A DNA stretch of 64,000 nt from Candidatus Spongiisociaceae bacterium (GTDB lineage: Bacteria > Actinomycetota > Acidimicrobiia > Spongiisociales > Spongiisociaceae), in NCBI GenBank assembly GCA_965262915.1, contig OZ253564.1:992001-1056000 (forward strand). Reading direction: 5' to 3'. Both the position numbers and the translations under genes were made by a program. Below the pieces are notes generated by a model that worked only from the letters and a program-made list of their open reading frames with translations, was not told where the DNA came from and searched no databases. Position 1 is the stretch's first letter; every line of letters starts with the position of its first letter. This document shows, one piece after another, positions 49,648-59,305 of the stretch.

Positions 49648-50394
49648 TCAACGGATAGCCGACCCGACGAGGTTACCGACGTACCAGGCCAGGACGCCGC
49701 CGAGCCCGGCGATCAGCATGTTCTCGAACCCGGCGCGAGCTGTGCTCGTGCGCGCCACCACCGACTTGACCACGCCCACGGCGAACAGCCCGGCTGCGGT
49801 CAAGGCGGCGGCCCACCATAGCCCGACAGCCGTCTCGTTGGTGAAGACGAAGGGGAGGACGGAGGTGGTCGAGCCCGCCAGAAACAGCAGCCCCGACATG
49901 GCCATGGCGGTGAAGGGGGAGCGCCGCTCCGAGTCGACGATGCCGAACTCCAGCACCTTCATCGCGTTCAGCATGGCTTCGTCCGAACGGTCGAAGGCGG
50001 CCACGATGCCCTTGACGTCGTCGTCGTCGAGGCCCATGTCGGAGAACATGCTGCCCAGCTGATCCAGCTCCTTCTGGCGGTGATAGCGAATGTGCACGCG
50101 CTCCAACTCGAGCTCTGCCGCCAGGACATCATCCTGAGACTTGGTGGCCAGATACTCGCCGGCGGCCATGGAGACGGCGCCCGCGATCGTGCCGGCCACT
50201 CCCGTCAACAGGACCTGGTCGGCGTTGAGGCCCCCACCCACCACGCCGGCCACGAGCAACAGCATCGAGACAAGGCCGTCGTTGACACCCAGGATGATGT
50301 CCCGCCAGTACGGCCGGCTGTCGCCGATGTGGTCCCGGTATGGGGGTATGCCCTCTTCGGTCTGCGGTGTCGGCACCACGTCTTCCTTCCTCAC
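49648..50394 (-). CDS. VIT1/CCC1 family metal transporter
   Basis: RDIILGVNDGLVS, AGAVSMAAGEYL. Confidence 0.9.
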   Translation of the reverse strand: MRKEDVVPTPQTEEGIPPYRDHIGDSRPYWRDIILGVNDGLVSMLLLVAGVVGGGLNADQVLLTGVAGTIAGAVSMAAGEYLATKSQDDVLAAELELERVHIRYHRQKELDQLGSMFSDMGLDDDDVKGIVAAFDRSDEAMLNAMKVLEFGIVDSERRSPFTAMAMSGLLFLAGSTTSVLPFVFTNETAVGLWWAAALTAAGLFAVGVVKSVVARTSTARAGFENMLIAGLGGVLAWYVGNLVGSAIR

Positions 50395-50506
50395 CGGGCC
50401 GGCTCCGGCCCTTCCTCAATCTGACACACGTCATGTATGGTAGTAATATGTCACGGAGTCGGCGGCGTCGTAGGCCACGCGGTACGATCGAGGAGTTGGC
50501 TGGACC

Positions 50507-51316
50507 TTGGATGGAACGACCTGGAGCCTGATCGCTGCTGTATTCGCGGCCTCCTTGGTGGAGTTCGTCGAGGCTTTCACGGTTGTTCTGGCCATGGGGG
50601 TCACCCGGGGCTGGCGCTCGGCCCTCTCCGGAGCGGCGGTCGCCGTCCTGGTACTCATCGGGTTTGCTGTCGCCGCCGGCTATGCCATCGAGGAATGGAT
50701 TCCGGAGGAACTCCTGCAGCTGGTGATCGGGACGTTGCTCCTGGTGTTCGGGCTGCAATGGTTGCGCAAGGCAGTGCTGCGTTCGTCGGGGCTCAAGTCG
50801 CTTCACGACGAGGAAGAGGAGTTCGCCCGGCAGGCCGCCCTGGCCTCCGCGGTCGCCAGAACGGATAGCAGATTCGGGCTCGATTCGTTCGGGTTCATCG
50901 TTTCTTTCAAGGGGGTCTTCCTCGAGGGTGTCGAGATCGTCTTCATCGTCATCACCTTCGGACTCAACGCGGACAACGTCCCCGTCGCCGCGGCCGGTGC
51001 GGCGGTGGCGGGCCTGGTTGTCCTCGTTGCCGGAGTGCTACTGCGCGCTCCGCTGTCCCGGGTTCCCGAGAACACCCTCAAGTACGGGGTGGGGGTATTG
51101 CTGGCGACGTTCGGCACGTTCTGGGCCGTGGAGGGCCTCGGATACTTCACTCCTGGAGGAAAGAGCATCGAGTTCCCATTCGGGGATGTGGCGCTCTTGC
51201 TCCTTCTCATTGCCTGGGTCGTCGTCGCGCGGGTTCTGGTGGTCGTCCTCCCTCGACTCAGCCAGGCACCGCGCGGGGATGAGCCCATCTCGGCCACGGA
51301 AGCGGAGTCGCCGTGA
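50507..51316 (+). CDS. COG4280-type membrane protein (ExxE motifs)
   Basis: ASLVEFVEAFTVVLA, FGLQWLRKAVLR, SFKGVFLEGVEIVFIV, VPENTLK. Confidence 0.8.
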   Translation: MDGTTWSLIAAVFAASLVEFVEAFTVVLAMGVTRGWRSALSGAAVAVLVLIGFAVAAGYAIEEWIPEELLQLVIGTLLLVFGLQWLRKAVLRSSGLKSLHDEEEEFARQAALASAVARTDSRFGLDSFGFIVSFKGVFLEGVEIVFIVITFGLNADNVPVAAAGAAVAGLVVLVAGVLLRAPLSRVPENTLKYGVGVLLATFGTFWAVEGLGYFTPGGKSIEFPFGDVALLLLLIAWVVVARVLVVVLPRLSQAPRGDEPISATEAESP

Positions 51317-51531
51317 GGTTCGTACTCGGTTTCTTCGACTTCTGGTACCAGCTGATCATCGGCGATGACTGGAGGGTGGCCGCCGGCGTCGGGGTCGCCC
51401 TCGTCGTAGGCGGCCTGCTCGGCGCCTACGAGATCATCAGCGGCAGCGCGCTCGCGGTGGTCGTCGGTGTGTTGATCTTCGGTGGCTTCGTACTCAACCT
51501 GGCTGTTACGGTCCTGCGGCAAGAGCCCTGA
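51313..51531 (+). CDS. Small membrane protein (FWYxxIIGDDW family)
   Basis: GTGA-coupled to the upstream gene; two hydrophobic segments. Confidence 0.7.
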   Translation: MRFVLGFFDFWYQLIIGDDWRVAAGVGVALVVGGLLGAYEIISGSALAVVVGVLIFGGFVLNLAVTVLRQEP

Positions 51532-51749
51532 CGCCGGAGGCTATCCGGTGGAATTCGTACCGATGTGGCAAACCGATGCCACACTCCCAGATGGGTCACC
51601 TACGTAGGGACCGAGGTGGGACGGTTGATCGTAGGCAATCAGGATCGCAGCACCTTCGCCGGGATTCCCGTCCGACGGAGCCTGTCACCGGGTACGGGTA
51701 TGGTTCCTTCCTGCGGCGGCGCGCCGTCTGAAGGATCCCAGGTTCGCCG

Positions 51750-53060
51750 TCAGGCGAGGGCGTCCTTGAGGGAGTCGGCGAATGCTTCGAGCGTCACCGC
51801 CACGTCTTCGGCGGAGTGTGCGGCGCTGAGGAACCAAGGTTCGAGGCCGTCGTCGGCTGGGATCACGCCCCGTCCGATCATCCCGATGATCACCGTTTCG
51901 TATAGAGCGGCGTCGTGACGGGCCGTGTCGCGGAAGTCCTTCGGTGCGGGGTCACCGAAGAACACCCCGAACATCGAAGGATGCCCGGTGACCCGGCAGG
52001 GGATGCCCTCCTCGGCGCAGACGGCAGCGATCCCCGTCATCAGGGTCTGGCCTGCTCCGGCGATGGTCGCGTACGGCTCGCCGGTCGCCAGGGCATCGAT
52101 AGTTGCGATGGTGGCCGCCGCCGCAACTCCGTTTCCGGAGTACGTGCCGGCCTGGACCACGCCTCCCGCCGCCCAGGCGCCCATGACATCGGCGCGGCCT
52201 CCGATGGCGGCCACGGGGAACCCGTTGCCCATGGACTTGGCGAAGGTTCCCAGATCCGGCGTAACCGCGAACACTTGCTCAGCACCGCCAAGCGCTATCC
52301 GGAATCCCGTCTTCACCTCATCGAAGATGAGCAGGACGCCGTAGCGGTCGCACAGGGCGCGAAGCCCCTCGAGGTAACCGGGCTCCGGCATGATGCCGAA
52401 GCAGTTGCCCATCATCGGCTCGGCGAGCACGGCCGCGATCGACCCCCCTTCGCTGGTGAAGAGGGTCTCCATTGCGTCGAGGTCGTTGAACGGTACCGTG
52501 CGTACGAATTCGCGTATCGCAGCCGGAATACCCGACGACTCCTGCAGGGGCACCGGTGAGCGGCGCGAGCCCAGGTGTGAGACCGGTGCGCTCGAGGTGG
52601 AGTAGAGCACGTAGTCGTGTGCCCCGTGGTAGGCGCCCTCGAACTTCACGAACACATCGCGGCCCGTCCAGGCTCTGGCCAGCCTGAGGGCGTGCATCGT
52701 TGCCTCGGTTCCGGTGTTCGTGAAGCGCAACAAGTCCACATAGCCGACGGAGTCGCGCACCTTTTCCGCGGCCGTGATCTCGCGGGCGGTGGTCATGGCG
52801 AAAGTTGTACCGGCCAGAGCCGCGGCAGCGACCGCAGCGGCGACATCCGGCTGGCCGTGGCCGAGGATGACGGGGCCGAAGCCGAGGTGGTAGTCGATGT
52901 AGCTCTTGCCGTCCATGTCGAAGATGTGAGAACCCTCGCCGCGATCGATCACGATCGTGTCGTCGTCGCCCCAGTAGCGGTAGCCGCTGGAGACCCCGTT
53001 CACGAGGGCGGCCTTGCCCCGATCGAACCAGTCTGCTGTCCTGTCTCCCTGCAGTCCCAC
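51750..53060 (-). CDS. Class III aminotransferase (glutamate-1-semialdehyde aminomutase-like)
   Basis: GVSS, DMDGKSYIDY.LGFGPVILGH, TGTEATM, FEGAYHG, IFDEVKTGFR, FAKSMGNGFP, GTYSGN. Confidence 0.9.
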   Translation of the reverse strand: MGLQGDRTADWFDRGKAALVNGVSSGYRYWGDDDTIVIDRGEGSHIFDMDGKSYIDYHLGFGPVILGHGQPDVAAAVAAAALAGTTFAMTTAREITAAEKVRDSVGYVDLLRFTNTGTEATMHALRLARAWTGRDVFVKFEGAYHGAHDYVLYSTSSAPVSHLGSRRSPVPLQESSGIPAAIREFVRTVPFNDLDAMETLFTSEGGSIAAVLAEPMMGNCFGIMPEPGYLEGLRALCDRYGVLLIFDEVKTGFRIALGGAEQVFAVTPDLGTFAKSMGNGFPVAAIGGRADVMGAWAAGGVVQAGTYSGNGVAAAATIATIDALATGEPYATIAGAGQTLMTGIAAVCAEEGIPCRVTGHPSMFGVFFGDPAPKDFRDTARHDAALYETVIIGMIGRGVIPADDGLEPWFLSAAHSAEDVAVTLEAFADSLKDALA

Positions 53061-53065
53061 GACGG

Positions 53066-53434
53066 CTAATCCCTCGAATGCTTCAAGAGCATGTGCTTGG
53101 GCACCGTGTGGTCCAGCACGGACTCCTCGCTCGTTTCCCTGCCGGAGCCGGATAGCTCGAACCCGCTGTGGGGGAACTCCGACGTGAGGTCGCCGTGCCT
53201 GTCCATGCACACGGTCCCGGACACCTCGTCCTGGACGGTTCCGAGCCGTAGTGGGCTCCTGGTCACCGTGGGGGAGTAGAAGTGGTCATCGGGGCGATTC
53301 TCGGGGATGGAGCCTCCGAGCACGATGTCAGCGCCCGCTGCAGCATCGAGGTGGAACCTTCGATGGACCGCCCTGCAGCGAAGCACTCTTGGATTGTGGT
53401 CGATCCGGAGATTCCAGTTCATCGCCACCTCCAC
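53066..53434 (-). pseudogene. Aldehyde dehydrogenase remnant with internal deletions
   Basis: GADIVLGG..HFYSPTV..VQDEV|SGTV..H..SEFPHSGFELSGSGRE..DHTVPKH. Confidence 0.6.
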
Positions 53435-53649
53435 CGCCGGAGGATAGGTATCCTAACATACAACTACCATGTAAGGGACCCACCGGTGCCGGCCGGTCGG
53501 GATGGGCAGAGAGCCGATGTGATAGCGGAACATGGCCGTGATGTGCTTGAACTCCAACCGATCGGACACGTCACCAAGCAGCAGAAGGAGCCTGACCATT
53601 ACCGTGACCAGAACCCAGCCCATCTAGCGGGGCTCAAACAAGACGCCCT

Positions 53650-53775
53650 CCGATGGAGTTGGTGCGGTTCACTCCCCAGGCACCCACCCCACACGTCCAT
53701 ACACACCAAACCAGAACCCCAGCCCCTCCAATCCGCCCGAATGCTCCCCACGCACGAACTCATGAAGAACCAGGG
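53650..53775 (+). mobile_element. Orphan IS1380-like end
   Basis: C-rich tract ending CATGAAGAACCAGGG, similar to CATGAAGAATTGGGG at 33419-33433. Confidence 0.45.
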
Positions 53776-53840
53776 CTGACGCCACCGGATCAATGTGGTT
53801 GGTCCTGCCCGCAGCCGGAGTTCTTCGAGGTCCGATCGCG

Positions 53841-53880
53841 CCGGCCCCCGCGTCGTTGAGAACGCGGGGACCGGTTTCGT
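53841..53880. terminator. GC-rich hairpin, putative terminator
   Basis: CCGG-C-CCCCGCGT/ACGCGGGG-A-CCGG then TTT, downstream of the binding-protein stop. Confidence 0.4.
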
Positions 53881-53922
53881 GGCTGGACTCGCCTAGCAGA
53901 CGTTGTTCATATCCGATGCCGG

Positions 53923-55377
53923 CTAGAAGCCCGGAACGCCTAGGTCCGAACAGGACTGCGCGAAGGCGATGTCCATGGCTTCGGCGATCTCCTGGGCCGT
54001 CTTCTGGCCCACGAAGAGCTCGGACAGGAAGGTGAACAGGTCACCGAACGAGCAGACCAGCCGCGGATCGAGCGCTGCGGCTGCCGGGTACTCGCCGGCC
54101 GCTGCCTGGCCTGTCTTGACGGGTGTCGGCAACGCATCCGGATCCGGTACCGGGTGGTTCGGGTACCTGGAAGGCTCCAGGGCCTTCTCCAGATACAGCG
54201 GGTAGCCCTCTCCCGTGGCGTATTCCACGTAGGCACGGGCCGCGGCCTCACGCTGGGAGTCGCCTGTCTTGGGCAGGAGGATTCCCCAGTGGTCGGCTCC
54301 GTAGACCCAGACGGCCGTCTCGGCGTAGGAGATCGGCATGAAGCCGACCTTCTCCTCCACCGCTTCGGGTCCGAAAGCGCCCAGGATGTCCGGTATGCAG
54401 AAGGATGCGCAGGCCCAGATGGCGCCTTCGTCATCCATGAAACTATTCATGGATGACGAGAAGTCGACCGCCTCGGCGTTGTCCTGGAAGCATCCGCCGT
54501 CCTTCATGTCTCGGAGCGCCTGTAGTCGCTTGACGAACTCGGGATCCGTGAAGCTCGCCTCGCCGCTTTGGAGCCGGTCGACGAGATCAGGATTGGCGAC
54601 CAGGTAGTCGGCGATCATCGCCTGCTGGACTACCCATCCCATGAAGGTGGAGGCCTCGCCGATGATCACGGGCGTGGTTCCGGCGTCGCGGGCCGTCCCG
54701 CAGAAGGACAGCATCTCGTCCAGCGTGCCCGGAAGCTCGAGACCGAGGTCCGCGACCACCTTCTTGTTGTACAGCAACCCGTTCACCGTCGGTGCGGTCA
54801 ACGGCGCCCAGTATCGAACACCGTCGATGACACCGAACGGAGAGAGTGCGGGAGTGATATTGGCCGTGAAGGCCATATCGTCGACGGACAGGAGGTTCTC
54901 AGCCGGATTGAGCGTGGCTATGACGCTCGAAAACCCTTCGAGATACAGGATGTCCGGCCGCTCACCCGCCGCCCATCGAGGCAGTACGTTGTCAGACGCG
55001 GTCGGGGGGATCATCGTCACTTCGATCTTGGCCCCGGTCAGCGCCTGGAATCCCTCGGTTATGGCGTCGATGCCGGCCTGGTCATAGTTGGGCCGCCAGA
55101 GTTGGAGCTCGACACCTTCGAACGGCATGGCACTCTCGGCTTCGGTCATCGCCGTGGTCTCCGGCGCCGCGGTCGTGGTTGTTGCTTCCGTAGCTTCCGT
55201 GGCCGCCACTGTTGCTTCGGTCGTAGTTTCGGTCGGGGCTTCGGTCGGGGTTTCGGTCGTAGTTTCGGTCGGGGCTACGGTCGTAGCTTCCTCGGCCTCC
55301 TCGTCGCTACATGAGAACGCGACAAGTGCCAGGACCACCCCCAGAATGATCAATTGTTTGGTTGGTTTCCGTCCCAC
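53923..55377 (-). CDS. Carbohydrate ABC substrate-binding lipoprotein with a Thr/Glu/Ala linker
   Basis: Lipobox VAFSC; AAGERPDIL, GLLYNKKV..LGLELP.T.DE. Confidence 0.85.
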   Translation of the reverse strand: MGRKPTKQLIILGVVLALVAFSCSDEEAEEATTVAPTETTTETPTEAPTETTTEATVAATEATEATTTTAAPETTAMTEAESAMPFEGVELQLWRPNYDQAGIDAITEGFQALTGAKIEVTMIPPTASDNVLPRWAAGERPDILYLEGFSSVIATLNPAENLLSVDDMAFTANITPALSPFGVIDGVRYWAPLTAPTVNGLLYNKKVVADLGLELPGTLDEMLSFCGTARDAGTTPVIIGEASTFMGWVVQQAMIADYLVANPDLVDRLQSGEASFTDPEFVKRLQALRDMKDGGCFQDNAEAVDFSSSMNSFMDDEGAIWACASFCIPDILGAFGPEAVEEKVGFMPISYAETAVWVYGADHWGILLPKTGDSQREAAARAYVEYATGEGYPLYLEKALEPSRYPNHPVPDPDALPTPVKTGQAAAGEYPAAAALDPRLVCSFGDLFTFLSELFVGQKTAQEIAEAMDIAFAQSCSDLGVPGF

Positions 55378-55480
55378 TGGTTTCTCCTCTCGATTAGTGG
55401 GCTAGCGGTCGGTCTGCAAGCTATTTCGCAGACAGACCACGGTGCATGAGATCCATCGAGAACGGTGGTTGGTGTCATCC

Positions 55481-56329
55481 TCACTTTTCGGCGCCGCCCA
55501 GTCCATGGACCATGTATTTCTGGACGAAATAGAAGATGGCCACCATCGGCGCGCTCGTAACCACGACGTCCGCGAAAACGAGGTTCCACTTGTACGACGA
55601 AGCAGCGGTGGACCCGGTAGCGAACCTGAACAAAGTGAGGATCAGGGTGTTGTTGTCCGGATCGTTGAGCAGCATGAAGGGGTTCAGGAAGTCGTTCCAC
55701 ACCGCGACCGTCACGATCACGGTCGTGGTTATCAAGGCCGGACGTAGTAGGGGGATGATTATCCGCACGAGGATGTCGACGTTGGACGCTCCGTCGATTC
55801 GTGCCGCCTCTTCGAGGTGCCGGGGGATGGTGCGGATGAATCCGATCATCAGGAAGACGCCCAGGGGGATGAACAGAGCCGCATAGAACAGGGACAGCCC
55901 GAGGAGCCCTCCGTAGATCCCGATGCGCTTGAGCGTGAAGATCGTGGCGACAATCGCCGGAGGGACGACGAGCCCGACCAGCATCGCGTATCGGAGTGGG
56001 GTCAGAAGTCGGGATGAACTCCGCACCATCACCCATGACGCGGCAGCCGAAAGTACGAGAATCAAAGGTAGCGCTATTGCCAGAACGATCGCGTTGTTCA
56101 GAAAACCTGTCAGCAGATCACCCTCTGTGAAGACCACGCGGTAGTTCTCCACGGCCATCCAGGTCTCGGGGAGACTGAGGCTGGGTGACACCGTCTCCCT
56201 GTAGGGTTTGAGCGAGTTGACGACCACCACCCACAGCGGTGCGCCGACAACCACCAGCGCTATCAGCGTGAGGGCTCCGACCCTTGAAGCACCTGCCAGT
56301 TGGCTCAACGGCTTCCGCAAGGCCGTCAC
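55481..56329 (-). CDS. Carbohydrate ABC permease (MalG-like)
   Basis: IPRHLEEAARIDGAS, AVWNDFL; GTGA overlap. Confidence 0.9.
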   Translation of the reverse strand: MTALRKPLSQLAGASRVGALTLIALVVVGAPLWVVVVNSLKPYRETVSPSLSLPETWMAVENYRVVFTEGDLLTGFLNNAIVLAIALPLILVLSAAASWVMVRSSSRLLTPLRYAMLVGLVVPPAIVATIFTLKRIGIYGGLLGLSLFYAALFIPLGVFLMIGFIRTIPRHLEEAARIDGASNVDILVRIIIPLLRPALITTTVIVTVAVWNDFLNPFMLLNDPDNNTLILTLFRFATGSTAASSYKWNLVFADVVVTSAPMVAIFYFVQKYMVHGLGGAEK

Positions 56330-57288
56330 AGGGTCACCTCGCTCCGCCGTAGCCGGGCGACGAGGCCGATGATCAGGAGGAAGATCGCACCGTAGAGGAC
56401 GGTGCTGAGGGCCGCCGCGGAGGCGAACCGGCCCTCCCCGAACTCCTGGATGATCAGGAAGTTGATTACTTCGGTCGTTCGCCCGGGGCCACCGTCGGTC
56501 AGCACGACGATCGTTTCGAAGACGTTCAGGGAGACGATCAACGATACGACCACGGCGAAGGTCATCGCCGGCGCCAGCAGCGGCAACTTGACGTACCTGA
56601 TCAGGGCGATGGGTCCGGCGCCGTCGATCTTTGCCGCGTCGATGGTATCCGTGGGAATCGAGATGAGGCCGGCCAGGAACACGATCAGGATCATCGGGAA
56701 CCACCGCCACGCCGTGGCAAGTCCGACGACGGCGAGAGTCAGGGTGCCGCGTCCGAGCCAAGGAATCTCTATGTCGGCACCGGTCATCGTCGACAGGACC
56801 GTGTTCAAGGTCCCCTTGAGCCCGAGCAGAGCACGGAACACGAACCCGGCAGCCAGAGGTGACAGGACCAGCGGAACCAGGAACACGGTTCGCAGGATCC
56901 GGTTACTACGGGTGTTGCGCTCGAGGCCCAGAGCGAGCAGGAGCGAACCGAGGACCATCGCCCCCGCACAGATGACTGTGAATTGAAGGGTGCGGAAGAT
57001 GGTCGGCCAGAGAAGGCCGTTCTGGTCGAGTCGCCGGTAGTTCTCCAACCCGGTCCATTCCAGGTCCGACCGGAAGGCTGTCCACGAGAAGAGGGACAGC
57101 ACAGCGTTGAGGAAGAAGGGTAGGAGGTAGAGCCCGAGGACCAGCAACGAAGCAGGACCGACGAGCAACAGCAGGTCCCGCGTGGTGAAGTCGCGAAGAG
57201 CCCGTTTCCCACCCCGCCCGGCTTTTCCCCGCCCGGTATCGGATGCCGAGCCTTGGGGCGTTGAGAGGCGCGTTCTTGGAGAGGTCAC
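56326..57288 (-). CDS. Carbohydrate ABC permease (MalF-like)
   Basis: GLENY, LAGLISIP...DAAKIDGA, LTDGGPG. Confidence 0.9.
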   Translation of the reverse strand: MTSPRTRLSTPQGSASDTGRGKAGRGGKRALRDFTTRDLLLLVGPASLLVLGLYLLPFFLNAVLSLFSWTAFRSDLEWTGLENYRRLDQNGLLWPTIFRTLQFTVICAGAMVLGSLLLALGLERNTRSNRILRTVFLVPLVLSPLAAGFVFRALLGLKGTLNTVLSTMTGADIEIPWLGRGTLTLAVVGLATAWRWFPMILIVFLAGLISIPTDTIDAAKIDGAGPIALIRYVKLPLLAPAMTFAVVVSLIVSLNVFETIVVLTDGGPGRTTEVINFLIIQEFGEGRFASAAALSTVLYGAIFLLIIGLVARLRRSEVTL

Positions 57289-57653
57289 GTTCCCCGCTAC
57301 CGAGGTGTCCCGCCGGTGGGTTCAATTGGCAAGGCTATCGCCGACTCTGTGCGGCGACCGGATACATCCGTCGTCTGGCCGTGACGTTAACAGCCGGTCG
57401 GTGAGCGGGTAGGGACAAACGAGCTGTGATTCCGAGGGCTGTCGATGCCGCTGAGCGCAGGAGGGTGCTCAAACACGGGTGAATGGTTGACCTATCGTCG
57501 GCTGACGTGGCATGTTGTCATCGACCCGTGGGCCAACCGGGGATCTTGCACCACCTTCCTGGCGCCCCGGCTACGCTTCGATTCCGACCTCCAGGGAGCG
57601 GTGCGGATGCTTCCGGTTCGGTGTCGGGGACGTTGCGGAAAGAGGGACTTGGC

Positions 57654-58451
57654 ATGAGTGAGGACTTTTCCGGGCAGGTCGTGATCGTTACGGGCGCGTG
57701 TGGCGGGATAGGCGAGGCGATTGTCAAGTCCTTTGCCTCAGCCGGAGCCGGCGTTGCACTATGTGATACGCGGGAAGCAGAACTCGATCATCTGACCGAG
57801 CAACTGCAGAGCGATGGAGCAGCAGTCAAGAGCCAACCCTTGGACGTAACCGACAGCGATGCGGTTGAGAGATTCTGCTCATCGGTAGCACGGGACCTGG
57901 GATCGATCGACCATCTGATCAACACCGTCGGTGTAGTGGACCATGTGGGAGATGTGATCCAGCTTTCGCTCGAATCGTGGAACAAGTGTCTCTCGACGAA
58001 TCTCACTTCTGCCTTCATAATGGCAAAGCACTCGGTGCCCCATATGATGTCGGCGGGCGGGGGATCGATTGTCAACATCGCATCGGTATCGGCCTTCGGG
58101 AACCAACTCGGAGCTATGGCATATTCCGTATCGAAGGCGGGCATGGTCTCTCTTACCAAGAGCGAAGCCATCGATCTGGCCAGGCATGACATCCGGGCGA
58201 ACGCCATATGCCCCGGGTCCGTGTACACGCCGCTGGTGGACATGGCGGTCGTCCTGACCGCGGCCGAGACGGGACGCACGCCCGATGAGACACGGTCCGA
58301 CTGGGAGGAACAATACCCCAGCGGTCGTTTCTCGTATCCTCGGGAGGTGGCCGAGCTGGCCCTGTTCCTCTGCTCGGACCGGGCGGCGAACATCACCGGC
58401 TCCAGCTTCGTGGTCGACGGGGGCCTGACCGCACTCCTCCCCGAGCGGTAG
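57654..58451 (+). CDS. SDR oxidoreductase
   Basis: VTGACGGIG, IVNIAS, YSVSK, NAICPG, VVDGG. Confidence 0.9.
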   Translation: MSEDFSGQVVIVTGACGGIGEAIVKSFASAGAGVALCDTREAELDHLTEQLQSDGAAVKSQPLDVTDSDAVERFCSSVARDLGSIDHLINTVGVVDHVGDVIQLSLESWNKCLSTNLTSAFIMAKHSVPHMMSAGGGSIVNIASVSAFGNQLGAMAYSVSKAGMVSLTKSEAIDLARHDIRANAICPGSVYTPLVDMAVVLTAAETGRTPDETRSDWEEQYPSGRFSYPREVAELALFLCSDRAANITGSSFVVDGGLTALLPER

Positions 58452-58461
58452 GCGGGGGAGC

Positions 58462-59274
58462 GTGGTCTCGCCGGACGCCGGATCTCCTCTCAGAGGCCAG
58501 GTTGCGGTCGTCACCGGCGCAGCCGGGGTGATCGGCGCGGCCATTGCCCGGACATTGGTAGACGCAGGAATCCGGGTGGTGCTGGGGGACGTGAGGCGCG
58601 GGGATCTCGAGCGGTTGGCGGCCGGACTCGGCGACGGTTCCGTCGCGGTGGCCTGCGTTGCGGATATCAGTCGGGCCGACCACGTACGTAGGCTGGTGGG
58701 GACGGCGCCGGAGGTCTACGGCCGGCTGGACGCTCTGGTCAACGTGGCCGGCATTACCCACGTGGACGACATCCTCGACGTTTCGCTCGATACGTGGCGC
58801 CAGGTACTGGCCATCAATCTGGAGGGTCCGCTGGTGGCAGCACAACACGCCGCCAAGCTCATGTCGGACCAGGACATCGATCCTCACACGCAAAGACGGG
58901 GGATGATCGTCAACATCAGCTCCCAGGGCGCCGAGTTCCCGATCCCGACTTCGGCAGCATACGGGGTCAGCAAGGTGGCCCTGAACTATCTCTCGCGCAC
59001 CCTTGCCGTGGCACTCGACGAGCGTGCCATCGCCACCACGATTGTCTACCCGGGTATGGTCTACGAGGGTATGTGGAAGTGGGTGAACAGGCGGAGGAGC
59101 GATCTGTGGGGCCACGACTTCGACGCGGTCGTCCGACGGGACCTGGCAGAAATGCCAACCGGGAGCTTCCAGGATCCGGAGGATCTGGCCCGTATCGTGC
59201 TCTATGCCCTCGGAACGCCCGGGATGATGGCCAACGGCAGAATCATCTGGTCAGAGGCTCATCTGGAGTGGTGA
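58462..59274 (+). CDS. SDR oxidoreductase
   Basis: VTGAAGVIG, LVNVAG, IVNISS, YGVSK. Confidence 0.88.
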   Translation: MVSPDAGSPLRGQVAVVTGAAGVIGAAIARTLVDAGIRVVLGDVRRGDLERLAAGLGDGSVAVACVADISRADHVRRLVGTAPEVYGRLDALVNVAGITHVDDILDVSLDTWRQVLAINLEGPLVAAQHAAKLMSDQDIDPHTQRRGMIVNISSQGAEFPIPTSAAYGVSKVALNYLSRTLAVALDERAIATTIVYPGMVYEGMWKWVNRRRSDLWGHDFDAVVRRDLAEMPTGSFQDPEDLARIVLYALGTPGMMANGRIIWSEAHLEW

Positions 59275-59305
59275 GCCAGGCCACTGGAGAGATCGGAAAG
59301 AAGTC

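Noticed and set aside
55160-55295. Repeat array in the sugar-binding protein gene
   Set aside because: Ordinary low-complexity Thr/Glu/Ala/Pro lipoprotein linker.
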